A DNA stretch of 64,000 nucleotides from Balanoglossus misakiensis (GCA_040954595.2 CM082576.2:10543129-10607128); one strand, 5' to 3'; positions 14,323 to 26,842 are shown, numbered from the stretch's first letter. Numbers and translations are program-made. The notes: generated by a model not told the origin, from the sequence alone.

Positions 14323-15724
14323 ATATTATTAAATCTTGTCAACCGCCGCCGCTGTGCGCGTGTCAACTAACCAGCATAATATATCGACATGAATGTGGGA
14401 CAAAAATTGATCGGGTTCCTAAAATTTATCACATATATACGTTCTGCGGGTTTGTGGTGATGTTTCGTCTGGTAGGCGCTTGGGCGGCCTGTAGTGGTTA
14501 ACGGCATTCGAGAAAAAATGGTGTAGACCAGAATAATAATTATGGACGCAAATGAAAAGTGAGCGAAGTGGGCACGCGCGGAGAATGAGCATTCCTTCAT
14601 AATAATGCCATTGCAGTACTGACGATAGTGTGTGTACGGTTGGAAAGGCGCGAGATTTGATTAGATGTGCGCGATACCATGATGATGGTGGAGAGATAAA
14701 AAAGACATGCTTTTTGCTGTTTTGCGTTTCATACGTGCCGCGGAGATTTTCCGCCGGAAAGTGTAGATACGCATTTTTGATTTTAACTGTCGGAAAAGTA
14801 GAATGCGCAGTGGAGATGACACACGTTGCGTCATCATCGCCATATTCGCCTTGGACTATAAAGATTCGGTGTGTCACGTTCCAATTTGCGGTACGGTGTA
14901 TTTTCCCGGCATAGACGCTGCGAATTCACGAGGGAAGTGTTTTAAGGGAGTGTGTGCCTAGCTGTCGGTTTTGTTCGAGAGAATTCAAAAGACTTGACAT
15001 AATACACTGGGCTGTTAGTTATTAATAAAGCCCGGAAAGTCATAAATACTCCGCGCGTCTCGCCACGGCAAATTTGCCGCAATTTTGAAATCGGTACGGC
15101 TAATTAGGGAGCGCCAAATTCAGGTGTTCACGATGCAAGTACCTCTTTAAGATGATGGCTGGGTTCAACCCATTGCCGGCGAAATTATCCCGCACTTACA
15201 ATATAACGGCGGTTCGAATCGTAAACAAAGCACTCGAGCGGGGTTTTTGTGTGTGCCATCGCACGGAAGCGATGACTCACGTAAAGTCATTTGCATAACC
15301 CCAATCTGAAAGCGTGTCGTGCCCCCTCGATTTTTCACTTAACGATCTCGCATCGTCAAGGTGGCGCAGCGAATAAAAAAATATATATATTGGAAACAAA
15401 AACTGGGATCGCTTGAAAGGGGGCAAACCTACGTCTAGGTCTGTGATGGAATTAAAACCGGGTGAAGCGGGCCTTATGGCGAAGTTTTTGTTCTCTTTGT
15501 GGTCGATAAAATATCCCGTATTGTCGCAAAGCACGCCGAACAAAGTTCGTTCGTTCGTGTCTTTTTTTCTCTCTCCTTTCCCCTGCCTGCAAAAAAAGGG
15601 CGGAATGTGCTGGCATTTTAAGCCGACGCACGCATTCTGACACACTCAAAAACGCGCTAAACCAATAAACGCGATAAAAAAACACGTTTCAGAGACACAA
15701 TGTGTGCGTTTATCAAAGGCCCGG

Positions 15725-17409
15725 TGATAACGGGTAGCTTTATCTTTATTTGTAAGTTCCTCTTTTTACAATATATAAAAATGAGCTCGGTATAATTTCA
15801 TTTCAATGAAAAGGGGAAAAAAATACATCTCTCCGTGACACAAACTTCCGGTGGTCGTTCATATTCCTCGCCCTTCAGAAAATACATCTATAGTTAGAAA
15901 AAGTGATAATATCATATTTGTTTCTCTTTAAAATTTTTTAATTTTACATGTGGCGTATAAAATTGTTTTTTTTTTAGGTCCCTATGTTTTCTTTTAAGAA
16001 AAACACGAGTTGGAAATACAAAATAGCATTCGTCTCATATGCAAATAAGGCATGACATGTTCAAGGCAGTGGTAGTGGACGATTCCGCGTTGTGTGCGGA
16101 TCACACACAAAACACGGGTCATTGTCTCTCGTATTCATGATATGCAGATAGGATCTCTTTTGTTCAATGAAAAAGAGATTTCAGTTGGCGCGTCGACGCT
16201 CGTTGGTGATTACAAAATACCTATAGTAATCAATATGCACTGAATTGTAAAAAAAAAAATTACATACAAAATTCTCTTCGATCGTGTCATACATCTTGTT
16301 AAAAAATAAACAAGAGAACTGGCTGAGAGTGATCGCTAAGGTTTTGATTTTGTGACTTGACAAAAAAATGACGACGTTCATTGTTGACATGAACCGTTAA
16401 CACTGAGTGTACCCGTTGAATGGACGGGGGAATATTTGCAAAGTGTTCTTTGGTCTAAAATGGGGGAAAACGCATCCCCAATTCAAAAAAGTAATTAGCA
16501 TACAAAGGTTAACTTTCTTTGCACTGAGTCAGGAACACTTATGACTCACACGTACAGAAAAAAATATATAATGCACAACTTGTTTTATATTAATTACGGA
16601 CTAAATGCCACTGAAATAGTTATTTGCACACGTCAGTATAATTACACATAGCGAAACATCTGGTTTGAAATGGACAACATAAATACAATAGATTCTCTTT
16701 TTTTAAATGAAAAGATTTACTCTGAAATGGACAATAAATAAATAAAAGTAACAATATAGTTTTTTTTTCTCCTGAAATAAAAAAATCCTCTCTTCAGTTG
16801 CACATGACATTTTTGTGTCTATCACACAAAGTGCGACGGACTTGCAATAAAGCTGTTGACTGGGTATATATACTCTGTTTAAATCATTCATCATGAATAA
16901 ATTAAAGATATCTGCTCAAGTCAAAGTTTTTTTTTCGGAGTCTTCTTTGAATTTCAAAAACAAAGCTCTTAATAAATAGACAATGGAGTAACCGTTACGG
17001 CAATACGTTATAAATTATGTTTGGATTTCGAAGCGTCTATAAATGCGACGCTCAAAGCGTGGTAAACAGTCGTTTCTATTTGAATACGCACTGGCAACAA
17101 ACAAGGTGAAATTAAAGGTTCCAATGGAAATATTGCGTTTCGCCCGACCAGATTCTTGGGAAAAGGATTAAGTCTATCAAAGGCAGCATTTTCGTACATT
17201 TCTGTACCCCAACCATGAAGCGAGAAACTTTTTTTAAATTCATAACTGAAAAAATAAATTTTCAAAACAAAAGTGTGGCTCGTGGCCGAGTCTTTCCTTC
17301 ATTGTCCGATAGCGTGTTTCGTCTGCGTTCGAATAAAGAAAGTGGTAATACCATGATGTTTGTATATACTTGGAGGCAGTGTGGTCTGCTGGGTGTCGGG
17401 ATGTCAGAG
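15725..17409 (-). other. Inferred 3'UTR of insm (~1.7 kb)
   Basis: AT-rich stretch after the stop codon, U-rich on the mRNA strand. AU-rich element UUUUAUUUAUUUAUU at 16733-16747. Ends near the first canonical AATAAA I found on the minus strand. Confidence 0.6.
15745..15750 (-). terminator. Probable polyadenylation signal AATAAA of insm
   Basis: Plus-strand tttatt is AATAAA on the minus strand. UGUA lies ~20 nt upstream (15767-15770) and a GU/U-rich tract lies downstream (minus strand ttgtgtctctgaaacgtgttttttt, ~15676-15700). Confidence 0.55.
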
Positions 17410-18819
17410 TCACTGGGGTACGGGCAGCTGGAGTAGGATAACCTGTCTGTTTTCGGAAGGGTGGCACTTGTTTATGTGTCTGGTTAGACCGGGCGAACTA
17501 TAGAACGTACTGGAGCAATACTTACACGAGTAGATCTCGCCACTGTGTATCCGGGCATGCCGCTCCAGACTCCCTTTGTTCGTGAACCCGTTCCCACAAA
17601 CGTTACAGGTGAAGAGTTCCGTCTGCTTGGGTCCCACAGCGTGGCTCAGGACGTGTTTTGCGCGGTTCGAGAGACTGCGGAACACCTTGCCGCAGTATTG
17701 ACACGGGTACGGGCGGTCGTCGCTGCCGCTCTCGTCGTGGCAGGCCATGTGTTTCCGCAGATAGGCCTGGCGGCGGAATTTCTTGCCGCAGCGGTCGCAC
17801 TCGTAGAGGCCGTCTTCGCTCGTCGTGACCTCGAACTCCGCGGGGCTCGGGGTGTTTCTGGCGCTGCTCGTGTCGCTGCCGCTCTCCGACACGAAGTCCG
17901 AGTCCCGCCTGGCGCGTTTGACTTCCCTCTCGTCCGTCTTCTCGGTTTCCGCCGTTGTTGTTGTTGTAAAGCTCTTGTCGTCGATGACCCCGTTACCGTT
18001 GGTGTTGACGGATGGCGGCGTGGCGGCCAGAACTCTGGGCTGGCTGCTGCCGGTGCGGTTGTTCGGCCTGGGTTTGTGCCATCGACGATGCGATGCCAGA
18101 TTTGCCGGACAGTTGAACACTTTGTCGCACTCGGGACACCGATACTCGACGTGCACGATGCGGGAGCATTTGTGCTGGGCCAACGAAAACGGGTCGGTGT
18201 AACGTTCCTTACAAAGCTGGCAAACGTATTCGCCCAGCTTGTTGACGATTTTGTTCATTTCCGCCTTCGCCTCCGGGGTCGCGATATTCTCGTTCTTTCC
18301 GCCGTGCATGTCGCTGATCGGATCCACCTTGATGATGGTGCCGTGAACGGGCGACCTGTTATCATCGTCAAAGTTCAACTTCCGGGCGGCTTTCAATTTC
18401 TTGGTCTTTGGTTTACGGTCGCCCAGGTCGGTCACCGGTCGCTTCCCCGGCGTCGGGGGAGGGCTCGGGAGGATGCTGACGGTCACCGGCGGGGTGGACG
18501 GCGAGACGGCCGTGTACTTCTCCCGCTCGATGTGGCTGAACGGCAGCGGCGACGGGAAGGAGTGGGTGGACAGCGGAGAACTTGTGCTGGAACTTATCGA
18601 GTCTCTATCGCAATGTCCCATGCCGTCATGATCTCGGTTGGCGAACGGGAAAGCCGTGTTGACAAATCCGGGCTCGGGGGTGGGAAACGGACACACGGGG
18701 TACGCGTCGTACTGGTCATGGTCGGAGCTGCTGTCGCTGCGATCTTCGTCCGAATACCTGGAGCGATACGAAACGATGGTGCACTTCTTCTTGCGCTTCA
18801 CAAGGAAACCCCTCGGCAT
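17410..18819 (-). CDS. INSM1: Insulinoma-associated protein (INSM1/INSM2, nerfin/egl-46 family) SNAG + C2H2 zinc-finger transcription factor, single exon, 469 aa
   Basis: N-terminal SNAG peptide MPRGFLVKR. INSM motif KAARKLNFDDDNRSPVHGTIIK. Fingers YVCQLCKERYTDPFSLAQHKC (C2HC), YRCPECDKVFNCPANLASHRRWH, YECDRCGKKFRRQAYLRKHMACH, YPCQYCGKVFRSLSNRAKHVLSH, FTCNVCGNGFTNKGSLERHARIH, YSCKYCSSTFYSSPGLTRHINKCH. C-terminal PSENRQVILLQ as in vertebrate INSM1. GC3-rich codons; start context ccaacATG. Intronless, like vertebrate INSM genes. Confidence 0.97.
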   Translation of the reverse strand: MPRGFLVKRKKKCTIVSYRSRYSDEDRSDSSSDHDQYDAYPVCPFPTPEPGFVNTAFPFANRDHDGMGHCDRDSISSSTSSPLSTHSFPSPLPFSHIEREKYTAVSPSTPPVTVSILPSPPPTPGKRPVTDLGDRKPKTKKLKAARKLNFDDDNRSPVHGTIIKVDPISDMHGGKNENIATPEAKAEMNKIVNKLGEYVCQLCKERYTDPFSLAQHKCSRIVHVEYRCPECDKVFNCPANLASHRRWHKPRPNNRTGSSQPRVLAATPPSVNTNGNGVIDDKSFTTTTTAETEKTDEREVKRARRDSDFVSESGSDTSSARNTPSPAEFEVTTSEDGLYECDRCGKKFRRQAYLRKHMACHDESGSDDRPYPCQYCGKVFRSLSNRAKHVLSHAVGPKQTELFTCNVCGNGFTNKGSLERHARIHSGEIYSCKYCSSTFYSSPGLTRHINKCHPSENRQVILLQLPVPQ

Positions 18820-19079
18820 GTTGGATGGTGATGGCGTTACTCACTGTCGCAAAAAAAACTGGAACAAGTGCCGACGACAGCAACACTATCCTACTACTTG
18901 CGAACAAAAGACGGACTTGATGTATATATTTTTTCTCCGAAGCGGATATCGCAACGAAAAATCAAATTCGACGAGGTAAACGTACATCGAACCCTGCCGG
19001 AAAGAAAATAAAGCTTCGCCGTTTTTTCTTCTTCTTCCTTTATCAGAAGTCCATCTGCCGTTGAAATCAGTGCGTGTTT

Positions 19080-19840
19080 ACTCCTGGTCGGATCGTTGGG
19101 AAAGTGTTCACTTTATGCAGGGTGAGTCCAGTAGTGATGGAAGCTGCCCCCAAACTCCTGCGCCGTAGTGTACGAGAATGTGACTTGCGTTGCCTTTTGT
19201 GGGGGGATATCGTCGCTCTGCACTGGCGTATGGTTGGCTATTGCACTCAAATGCTGTCATTGGCATTCCGACCAGCACTAACAGATGGGCCCGTAGCCAG
19301 GCGTCTTTTGAGAGATTTATGTGTGTGCAAACTCATTCATATGTATTGCACACGCGCCCAGGCTCCTCCTTTGTCGAGCCAAATTTGCATATGTATAGGG
19401 GCCACGTGCCAACTTATTGTGCAATGTCAACGGGTTTCCGATGGTGTATGCATTGCGCATTGATAAAAACGATTTGACAGAGGCACTTACCGCGAGTAGG
19501 CCAAGTGCGATTACAAAGGGGGTGGGCAATCAAAAAGATAAACCGCCAGTCAGTGTCCGCCGATAGAGATTTGGCAACCGGCGATGGCAGTGCAGCCTAA
19601 ACCGTTCGCAAATGTTTGGCTACGCGCTGAACTCGCTCAGTTGGCTGAATCGGGTAAACAAGCGATGCTTCGTTATCTTTGCGAAGCCCTTTAAACGACT
19701 GGTTGCGTGGGAGAATGCAAAACTCCCTAATTAGTAGCTAATGAGAGGCGCGTGTATCGTTGATTGATGGTTTGTAAGACCGGACCGGATTGGTCGTTGA
19801 CTGTAACTGTCATCCACGCCACTCCGGATTGGTCAATAAT
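19080..19840 (-). promoter_or_regulatory. Putative insm promoter / proximal enhancer
   Basis: TATA-like CATAAA (19112-19117, minus). CCAAT at 19259-19263 and duplicated GACCAATCCGG (19785-19795, 19824-19834). CAGATG E-box 19282-19287. Octamer ATGCAAAT 19383-19390. TGGCACGTGGC 19401-19411. The TSS itself is not directly observable. Confidence 0.5.
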
Positions 19841-22800
19841 AGCGGCCATTTAATCTTACAGTTGTCTTCGCCAGAAAACTGCACGCGACCGACACGCGAA
19901 CAGTGTTGACAAGGAGAACAAAAGAATTTCTTTTTTTTGTCCACCTCCCCCTTCTCACAACGGCGATGCATTTCTGAATGCCAAAACTCCGTTGTTCTTC
20001 GCCTGTCCTTTGTTTACATGCCCGAGTAACTCTATTGTAAAAAAAAATGAACTAACGTGATCTTAGATCCGATGGAGTTCCCGAGTTCCGTTCCACCTTA
20101 TCGTAGAGACTCTGATATTTATTACTCCGCGCGGGTCGCATGTATTGCTATTTTCTCCCAGCGCGCCCGCTTCGCTGTCTGATCATGCGGGATAACAATC
20201 CGTATATTTTGCGCATTTATTGGCCCTTAAAACTGCGACCAATTCAGAGAATAAATCTTCTTAATGGATTTTGTGTCAAAGTGTCGGCTATACAGGTCTT
20301 TTATTCATATTATTATTTTGGAGCTGTTTAGTCTTATCGCCTGCTTCTTTATTTTTTTGTTGGGATGCAAGGAAAAGGCCGCAAATCCCGAAACAGTGTG
20401 TGCTGTTCTCAGTCAAATACGGAGGCATTGTGCCACTGTACTACCCATAAAAGAATTCATTCGTGCAAATATATCGTTCTTTCATTCTCCTCAAAAAATA
20501 TATTCAAAGCGTTGCCAACAGGGGCACATTAAAAATAACCTGATCATTGCTTAGACATTCGATTTTATACGAGACCTTTAAATGGCTGCGTGCTTTCATC
20601 TGCAAACAAGAGTTTAAGTTTTGTGAATTGACTAAAATGCGGGGAACCACCGCGACGGACCGGCGGGCGGCGCTAACAATCAGAGGTCGGGCGTTTGTTT
20701 TGGCCGGTTTCCATGACGTTTGGCGATGGCAAAGCCACACCGTCGTTGGCACATCGACCTGACATTCCACAGACGTTTGACTTGTGTGCGTTCGGTTTTG
20801 TTTGCATATCCGTTACGGACAGATATACTGTACAACGTGGTCGGCGTCAACAACTGACAATGATAAAAACATAGTTTGTACGTTTTTTCCATCGAAATTT
20901 AGTGCGACTTGTTATCATTTTGAGACACAATGGACATGGATAGTCTCTTTTGAGAAAAAATGTTTGGGTGGTATTTTATCATTTGAGAATTCAAGTTAAT
21001 TGACAGTAACGCAAAAAATATTTATTCCAGGAGGATCCATACACCGATTTGCTTATAATTTTTTTTTACATATGTATACAATTAAAACGCGCGTTATTAT
21101 TCTTTCTCCTGGGCCCTTCCAGAAACACTTGTTCAACTTCGCTCAGTGCCTATGATTACATCAGTTGTTTTTCTTTGTTTATTTATTTGTTTCAACCCCG
21201 GCTTCAAGGAGAATCACTTTGCAGCACGGCTAATCCATAACCTAGCAAGTGGTCTGTCGACGACGGAGATTTTTTCCCCCAAAAAATCTTTTCTGAAGTG
21301 TTTGCACGAGTGCCAGTGTACCGCAGTGTTTTAGTGTCGTACTTGTGGTGTCACACTCCGCCCTCATTTGCATACAGCTGTCTGGGAGGAGACGAGGCGC
21401 CGCCTCGATCCCGAGATGGAACAGCGACCGCTCGATTTCAAGCATTACCAAAAAACATAAATCATTTCCGCAAAACCGCGCGATGACGACACGGTGACAA
21501 TGGTGAACCGTAGACAGAAATTATTTCATACCTCACTGACTTTATCGACGGTCCAATATTGACTCCACGGTGTCGATGATTCATTTTTTCTGCATCAAGG
21601 ATAGTTGAAAACTGTCGAACTAAGCTTATTAACGACGAAGAAAATACTTTAAGAGGACTGACAAACACGAAGTTAGACAAGATTTGTGGTCACATTTATG
21701 AAATTCCCGTGTCACTGAAGTATCCTTTTTGGCGGAAATAATATTTCAGCGATTAGCGGTAAAGTCGATGCAGTTTCCGTTTATGTTTCAAAGATCAACG
21801 ATCGCCTTCGCGAACCGTCGACCGAAACAAAGGACCGCAAAACGCATACTTCCACTATAATGTTATTACTGCGCGCAACCTATCTCATCGAAAAGGTGAT
21901 ATGAGAGATTAAATTGAAAACGGTGTATCCATCTCTTCAAATTTTCATTTTCCGCGAGACGGATGTCAATTTCGTGCCGAATTAAAATAAAAAATACAGC
22001 GTCTTATTAATTTATCGCGCGGTGTGTGCCAGTGTGTGATTGTCCGCGCGACGGACGACCCACCCCGAAAAAATTAAACTTTAAACGCTTGCATTTGTAA
22101 TAAATCGGGGATAAACTACGAATACCCGCACTTCATGAATAATTCTTTTATTCGCTCATATAAGAATTGCATTATGAACAGTCTTTGTTCCGTCGACATG
22201 GCGACAAAAACTCCCGTGGTCGGGGCAGCTGCGATACGGGGCCGCGGCGACGGCGACGCACTCAGTTGATGCTCCGGGCCTTTAGGGGTTACCGACATCA
22301 GTGTACAGCACAAAGACTTTTGCTGCACACGCACGGTGATGCGTGTGTGGAAACACTCGTTTCTGAGTGTGCGCCCCTCGAGTGACGATACGGCACTCGG
22401 TCTTTCTCATGTCGGTCAGGGGGAGTCAAAAAGCACGCAAGCCGTGCTAATTGATACGACTGTAACGATCGAGCACCACAGATCACCGCAACTGTATGAT
22501 TCGAATTCTTTGTTACCCCCTTGGTATGTTTCATTGCACTATTGGGTCTGACAATCACCCCCACCCATGGCCACCTGACGGGTCACCATTTTATCTCCAC
22601 TGACTCGAATTGGAATGTTATGGATAAAACCACAGTAGATACGAGCGAAAAGTTGTTTTCCAATACTTTATTTACAACATGTTAGATTTTGTCGTATTGT
22701 GATTTTTTACAATTCTTGTCCCGAAAATGAAAAGAAACAAAAATAGCACCGTAACAGCATCCAGTTTTATTGCTAAAAGAATATGATGAAAACATGTCGG

Positions 22801-25800
22801 GTAATCTTTCGTCATTTTTGTGTCGTGTCGTGGGCGCAGAAGCCAGTCACGAGGTCAGGGGTTACGGTGAATTCACGTTCGATGTACTGTAGTTCGGTGA
22901 TATGCCAGTGTACAAGCAGACGCGGGTATGCGCATTGGACACGTTTTTCGCTTGTTCAGACTCATCAAATGCGGGGGAAATTGCAAACGGTAAATATGAT
23001 TTGCCGCTAACGCAGCTGTATCACGCGGGCCTCCACTTGGATGGGCGATTACGTCACACAATCACGGCTTCCGAGAGAACACGCACCCCCAGAGAAACAA
23101 AAAGATTCCCCCCCCCGCCACCACCCAGTTACGGTGGATTTTAGCTTTTGCCACAACGGGGAAGTCGAAACAGAAGAAATCTCAGTTGTCAACAAGGCTC
23201 GGCAACAAGGCCCTATAATTGCATACGAATGAACACTTGTAGATAACGATGAAGTCGAGAGCCTCCATAAGCTATAATATACGGGTACACTAACAACAAA
23301 CTATTCCCGGGAAAATAAAACGTCAACACACGTGTCATCCGCGGAGGGTGAGGGTGGTTTGTTACTTTCTATTGTACAGGGGGGAAAAACATTGACACCA
23401 TTCTCCGAAGTATTACGAATGTGGCTGATAATTTATGGCGAAGAAGAACGAAAGAATGGCGAAACAGACGCCACAAAAGCACACCATTCCGAACCATATC
23501 AAGTGATGATGGCGAATTAATTAGCGTCCCACTCTATATCGATGCTTTTATTATTATTTTTATTTTGCGTTTTAAAGATGTCTTTCATTGCGATTTCCTC
23601 CTCGGGTAATTTCCATGTGTGAATTAACCTCGTGTCTCTGACAGAATAAAGAAAAGAAAAAGAGACCGTCTGCTACTCAGTGTTAGCAGTAATCTAATTA
23701 CAAAACGACACTACTCATAAATGTTCTTGATTTCCATGCGGGAGGTGACACAACAGATTCTCGGAGAATATTTGAGGCACAATGAGCGATTGACGGGTGC
23801 TAATAACACCATTTACGCGTCCAGTTCCTGCACGGGTCCTCTGGTGACAAACAATTACCCTGCAGTCCAAACAATGCATAAAAATTGGCTCGTGTGTTCA
23901 CACCTCAACGGTGTGTGATTTTCGTCTTCTCCATTGTTCTGGCACGTGGCCCGAGTTCCTTTCGCGGCGGGGAACCCAACTCCTACAAGAAGAAGCGAGA
24001 TAAAATGTGCAGTTTGTGCAGTTTGTATACGATTTGTTTTATTAAAGCGTGACAGGTTCTCTCCCCGTTTCCGCTAACCGTTGTGCAGTCAGTGGTCGCG
24101 GTTAGCAGGGGCCACAGACGTGTCCGGGGTTCGACAATGATAGCAGCGAGCGACAATCCACATAAGCGCCAATGAATGGGATCGCCGAGGCAGCAGGTGC
24201 ATAGACGCTGGAACCTTCCGAGGCGCTGCGAGCAACCCCCCCCCCCCCCCCAATTTTGAAGAACAATTTACACTTGCCCAAAAGATTACACTCGCTGCTC
24301 ACAGACCCAGTTCCGCTATTTCAACCCAGAATCGCCACTCATTTGGTGACGCGGGAGAAAACGTGAATTTAATTCAACTATTTTTCATCTGATTTAGAGT
24401 ACTAAATATACCGGGCTTTAATTTGCGGCAAAAGCATGCGGGTGTTTTGCAATTTCCATAATAGAATTCATAATTGACGGATGACTATGCATTCTTTTAT
24501 CCCTGTCCCTAATTTAAATTATGTTAATTAGGTGTTACGCGTGGCAGCTTGTCTCGCTTTCGTTTGTCGTGGGTTGAAGGAGAAATTAAAATGCGTTTTT
24601 ACTGAAATTCAGATACACAACAATAAAACAAAAGAAACTACAAACCGGGTTTTAAAGCTAAACGGACGCCCATGCATATGGAACTTACCGTCAATTCTGA
24701 AATTTCGTTAGGTTCACAAGTGGCCACAACTTGATGAGCAAAACTTGGAAAAACACAGTGATCATGATAATATTACATCACTACAGACAAATAATTTCGA
24801 TCGACATTTTAAGCAACTTTCAACATTTTAACATTCGAGTGTTAATATTTCCCTGGTTTGAAGTCTTTATTGATTTCCCCGGGCTCGAGTGGCGGTAAGT
24901 GGGAAATGCGATGTGAATTTGTGAAAAAATGGATACGAATTTTTTTACTTTCAAACACTGAATGACGGACAACGGACGGAAAAAAACCCTCGGGCCCCTC
25001 GCATTCCCGTCCATTCACAGAAAATCATAACACTTTAGTCCTGTAATCCGCATAATTTAACCGTCACTAATTGGTCTCAAGGAAACCCGTATTATTCCGT
25101 GTTGTTGACAGTGGCTCGAACAATATATCATTAACGCTGTCCTGGCGACAGAGCGGCAAAACAATAGCGCGTCGCGCGCGACAGTTGGTTTGGCCTGCGT
25201 GTGTCTCCCATTTTAGCCTTGCGCAATCTGTGAAATTGACATCGAAAGTATATAATTGGATGCACTGTGCTCGCCTCTGGGCGGAAGCTATGCTCAACGC
25301 CTTTGTGCCCGAAGCTTAATACGCTGATGCCAGCTCCGGGGGAATTAAAAAATGGGAATCGCTTACGATCACTTTGGCACTGAGTAAGAAGTTGCAACAA
25401 CATTGTCACGGGGCAGGCATGCCATTGAATTCACTCCAATTTACAGCATTTTACCAGTTGTGGCCCTCTTCAGCTGGCAAAAGCCACGACTCGGTGAATC
25501 TTCACTGGTGCTGGAATGTGGCATGAATATCATCACGTTCAACGCAGAAATATTTCACCATATGTTTTCTTTCCCTTTGTAAAAGAGTGTAAAGTGGAAT
25601 CACGGTGAAAGTTATTCGCAGAACAATGTAGTAGCTGACAGAGAAACACGTTCTCGGGAAAACAAAACAAAAACAACTGACGTGGACAACAATAACCGAA
25701 TTGTGCCTATTGGGTTAGCGGCTTTAAAAATGGACCAGGCGCAAAATGCTTTTACTTTTTCATCGATTTGGTATTCATTGTTTCAAGACGTGGCTTAATT

Positions 25801-26810
25801 GCATGTTTTTCACATAGCAACTGAAAGTATTCTCGGATAGTATGTTATGGCTGTTTTACTTTCCCCTCGTGCGATGAATCGACGCCATAGGACAATGACC
25901 GACACGGCACATTAGTCGTGTAAACGTCCGAATCCACACACGAACTCCGAAGTCCCATCCCCGTATCCGACGTATATGCCAAGAACTGTACACCCTTTTC
26001 GAGAACTTTCGGGCTGGTTTTACTCTATTTTTGCAACAAAGTCTTGTTTCAGAACAAAAGAAGCGTTGAACTTCACACACAAAGCGCGTTCTCTTCCATC
26101 GCACATTGTTTTCTTTGTTTATAAAGAAACTTGCCGTTGTAAGAAGTCTTTTTACAAAGAAAATGCTAGTGGGCGAAATGGACATTTCAGACACATTGTT
26201 CTAAGTGTTTTCCAACTCGAGAAAATGAAAAAAAAATCAACTGTCCCTCTGTAAGATTTTTTCACAGTTCCCAGGTTTCGCCGTTTTCTCAAACCCGTAT
26301 TGTTTGCATAACGCCCTACACTGCTTATACACTGGTCGTGATTTTTAGGAACTAATCAATAATGTGGTCTGTGTTGTTTCAGTCACCTGCCCTCACTCAC
26401 TATCTATCGATCCTATTCCAAAGGGTGAAAAGAAAGAACACGTATGACCAAAATTAACCCCCTGCCCAATGGACACAGCAAGGGTCCAAGCATTTTTTTG
26501 ATACAGCGACGAAACCGGGGAATAATGACTCATAACAATTTGAGTGTATATGGCAGCCACCTGTCGCGCTCATGCATACGGCGGCGATGCCAAATAAAAA
26601 ATATACACAATTGTTGTCGTTGTTTTGTGCGTGTGCTTGCGCGTGTCTCCGTGTATGCCCGTGCCTTGTTTTGGAGTGAGGGGAAGGAGTGATTCGTGAC
26701 ATTGCACAACGTTTTGAATGGCGGGACTTAAATAAAGAAACGCGGTTTAAACAGCTGAAATGTGTTGACATAACGCAACCACCTGTTGCTGATGTGAGTA
26801 TGTGTATGTT

Positions 26811-26842
26811 GGAGAGGGAGGGAGAGAGTGAGGGGAGAGAGT

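Noticed and set aside
15155-15225. B-box-like GGTTCGAATC and GGGTTCAACCC (tRNA or SINE?)
   Set aside because: No cloverleaf, no properly spaced A box and no SINE tail.
17545-18831. 428-aa ORF on the plus strand, antisense to insm
   Set aside because: It almost exactly shadows the insm CDS. GC3-rich codon usage removes stops on the opposite strand, the start is not ATG, and there is no recognisable domain.
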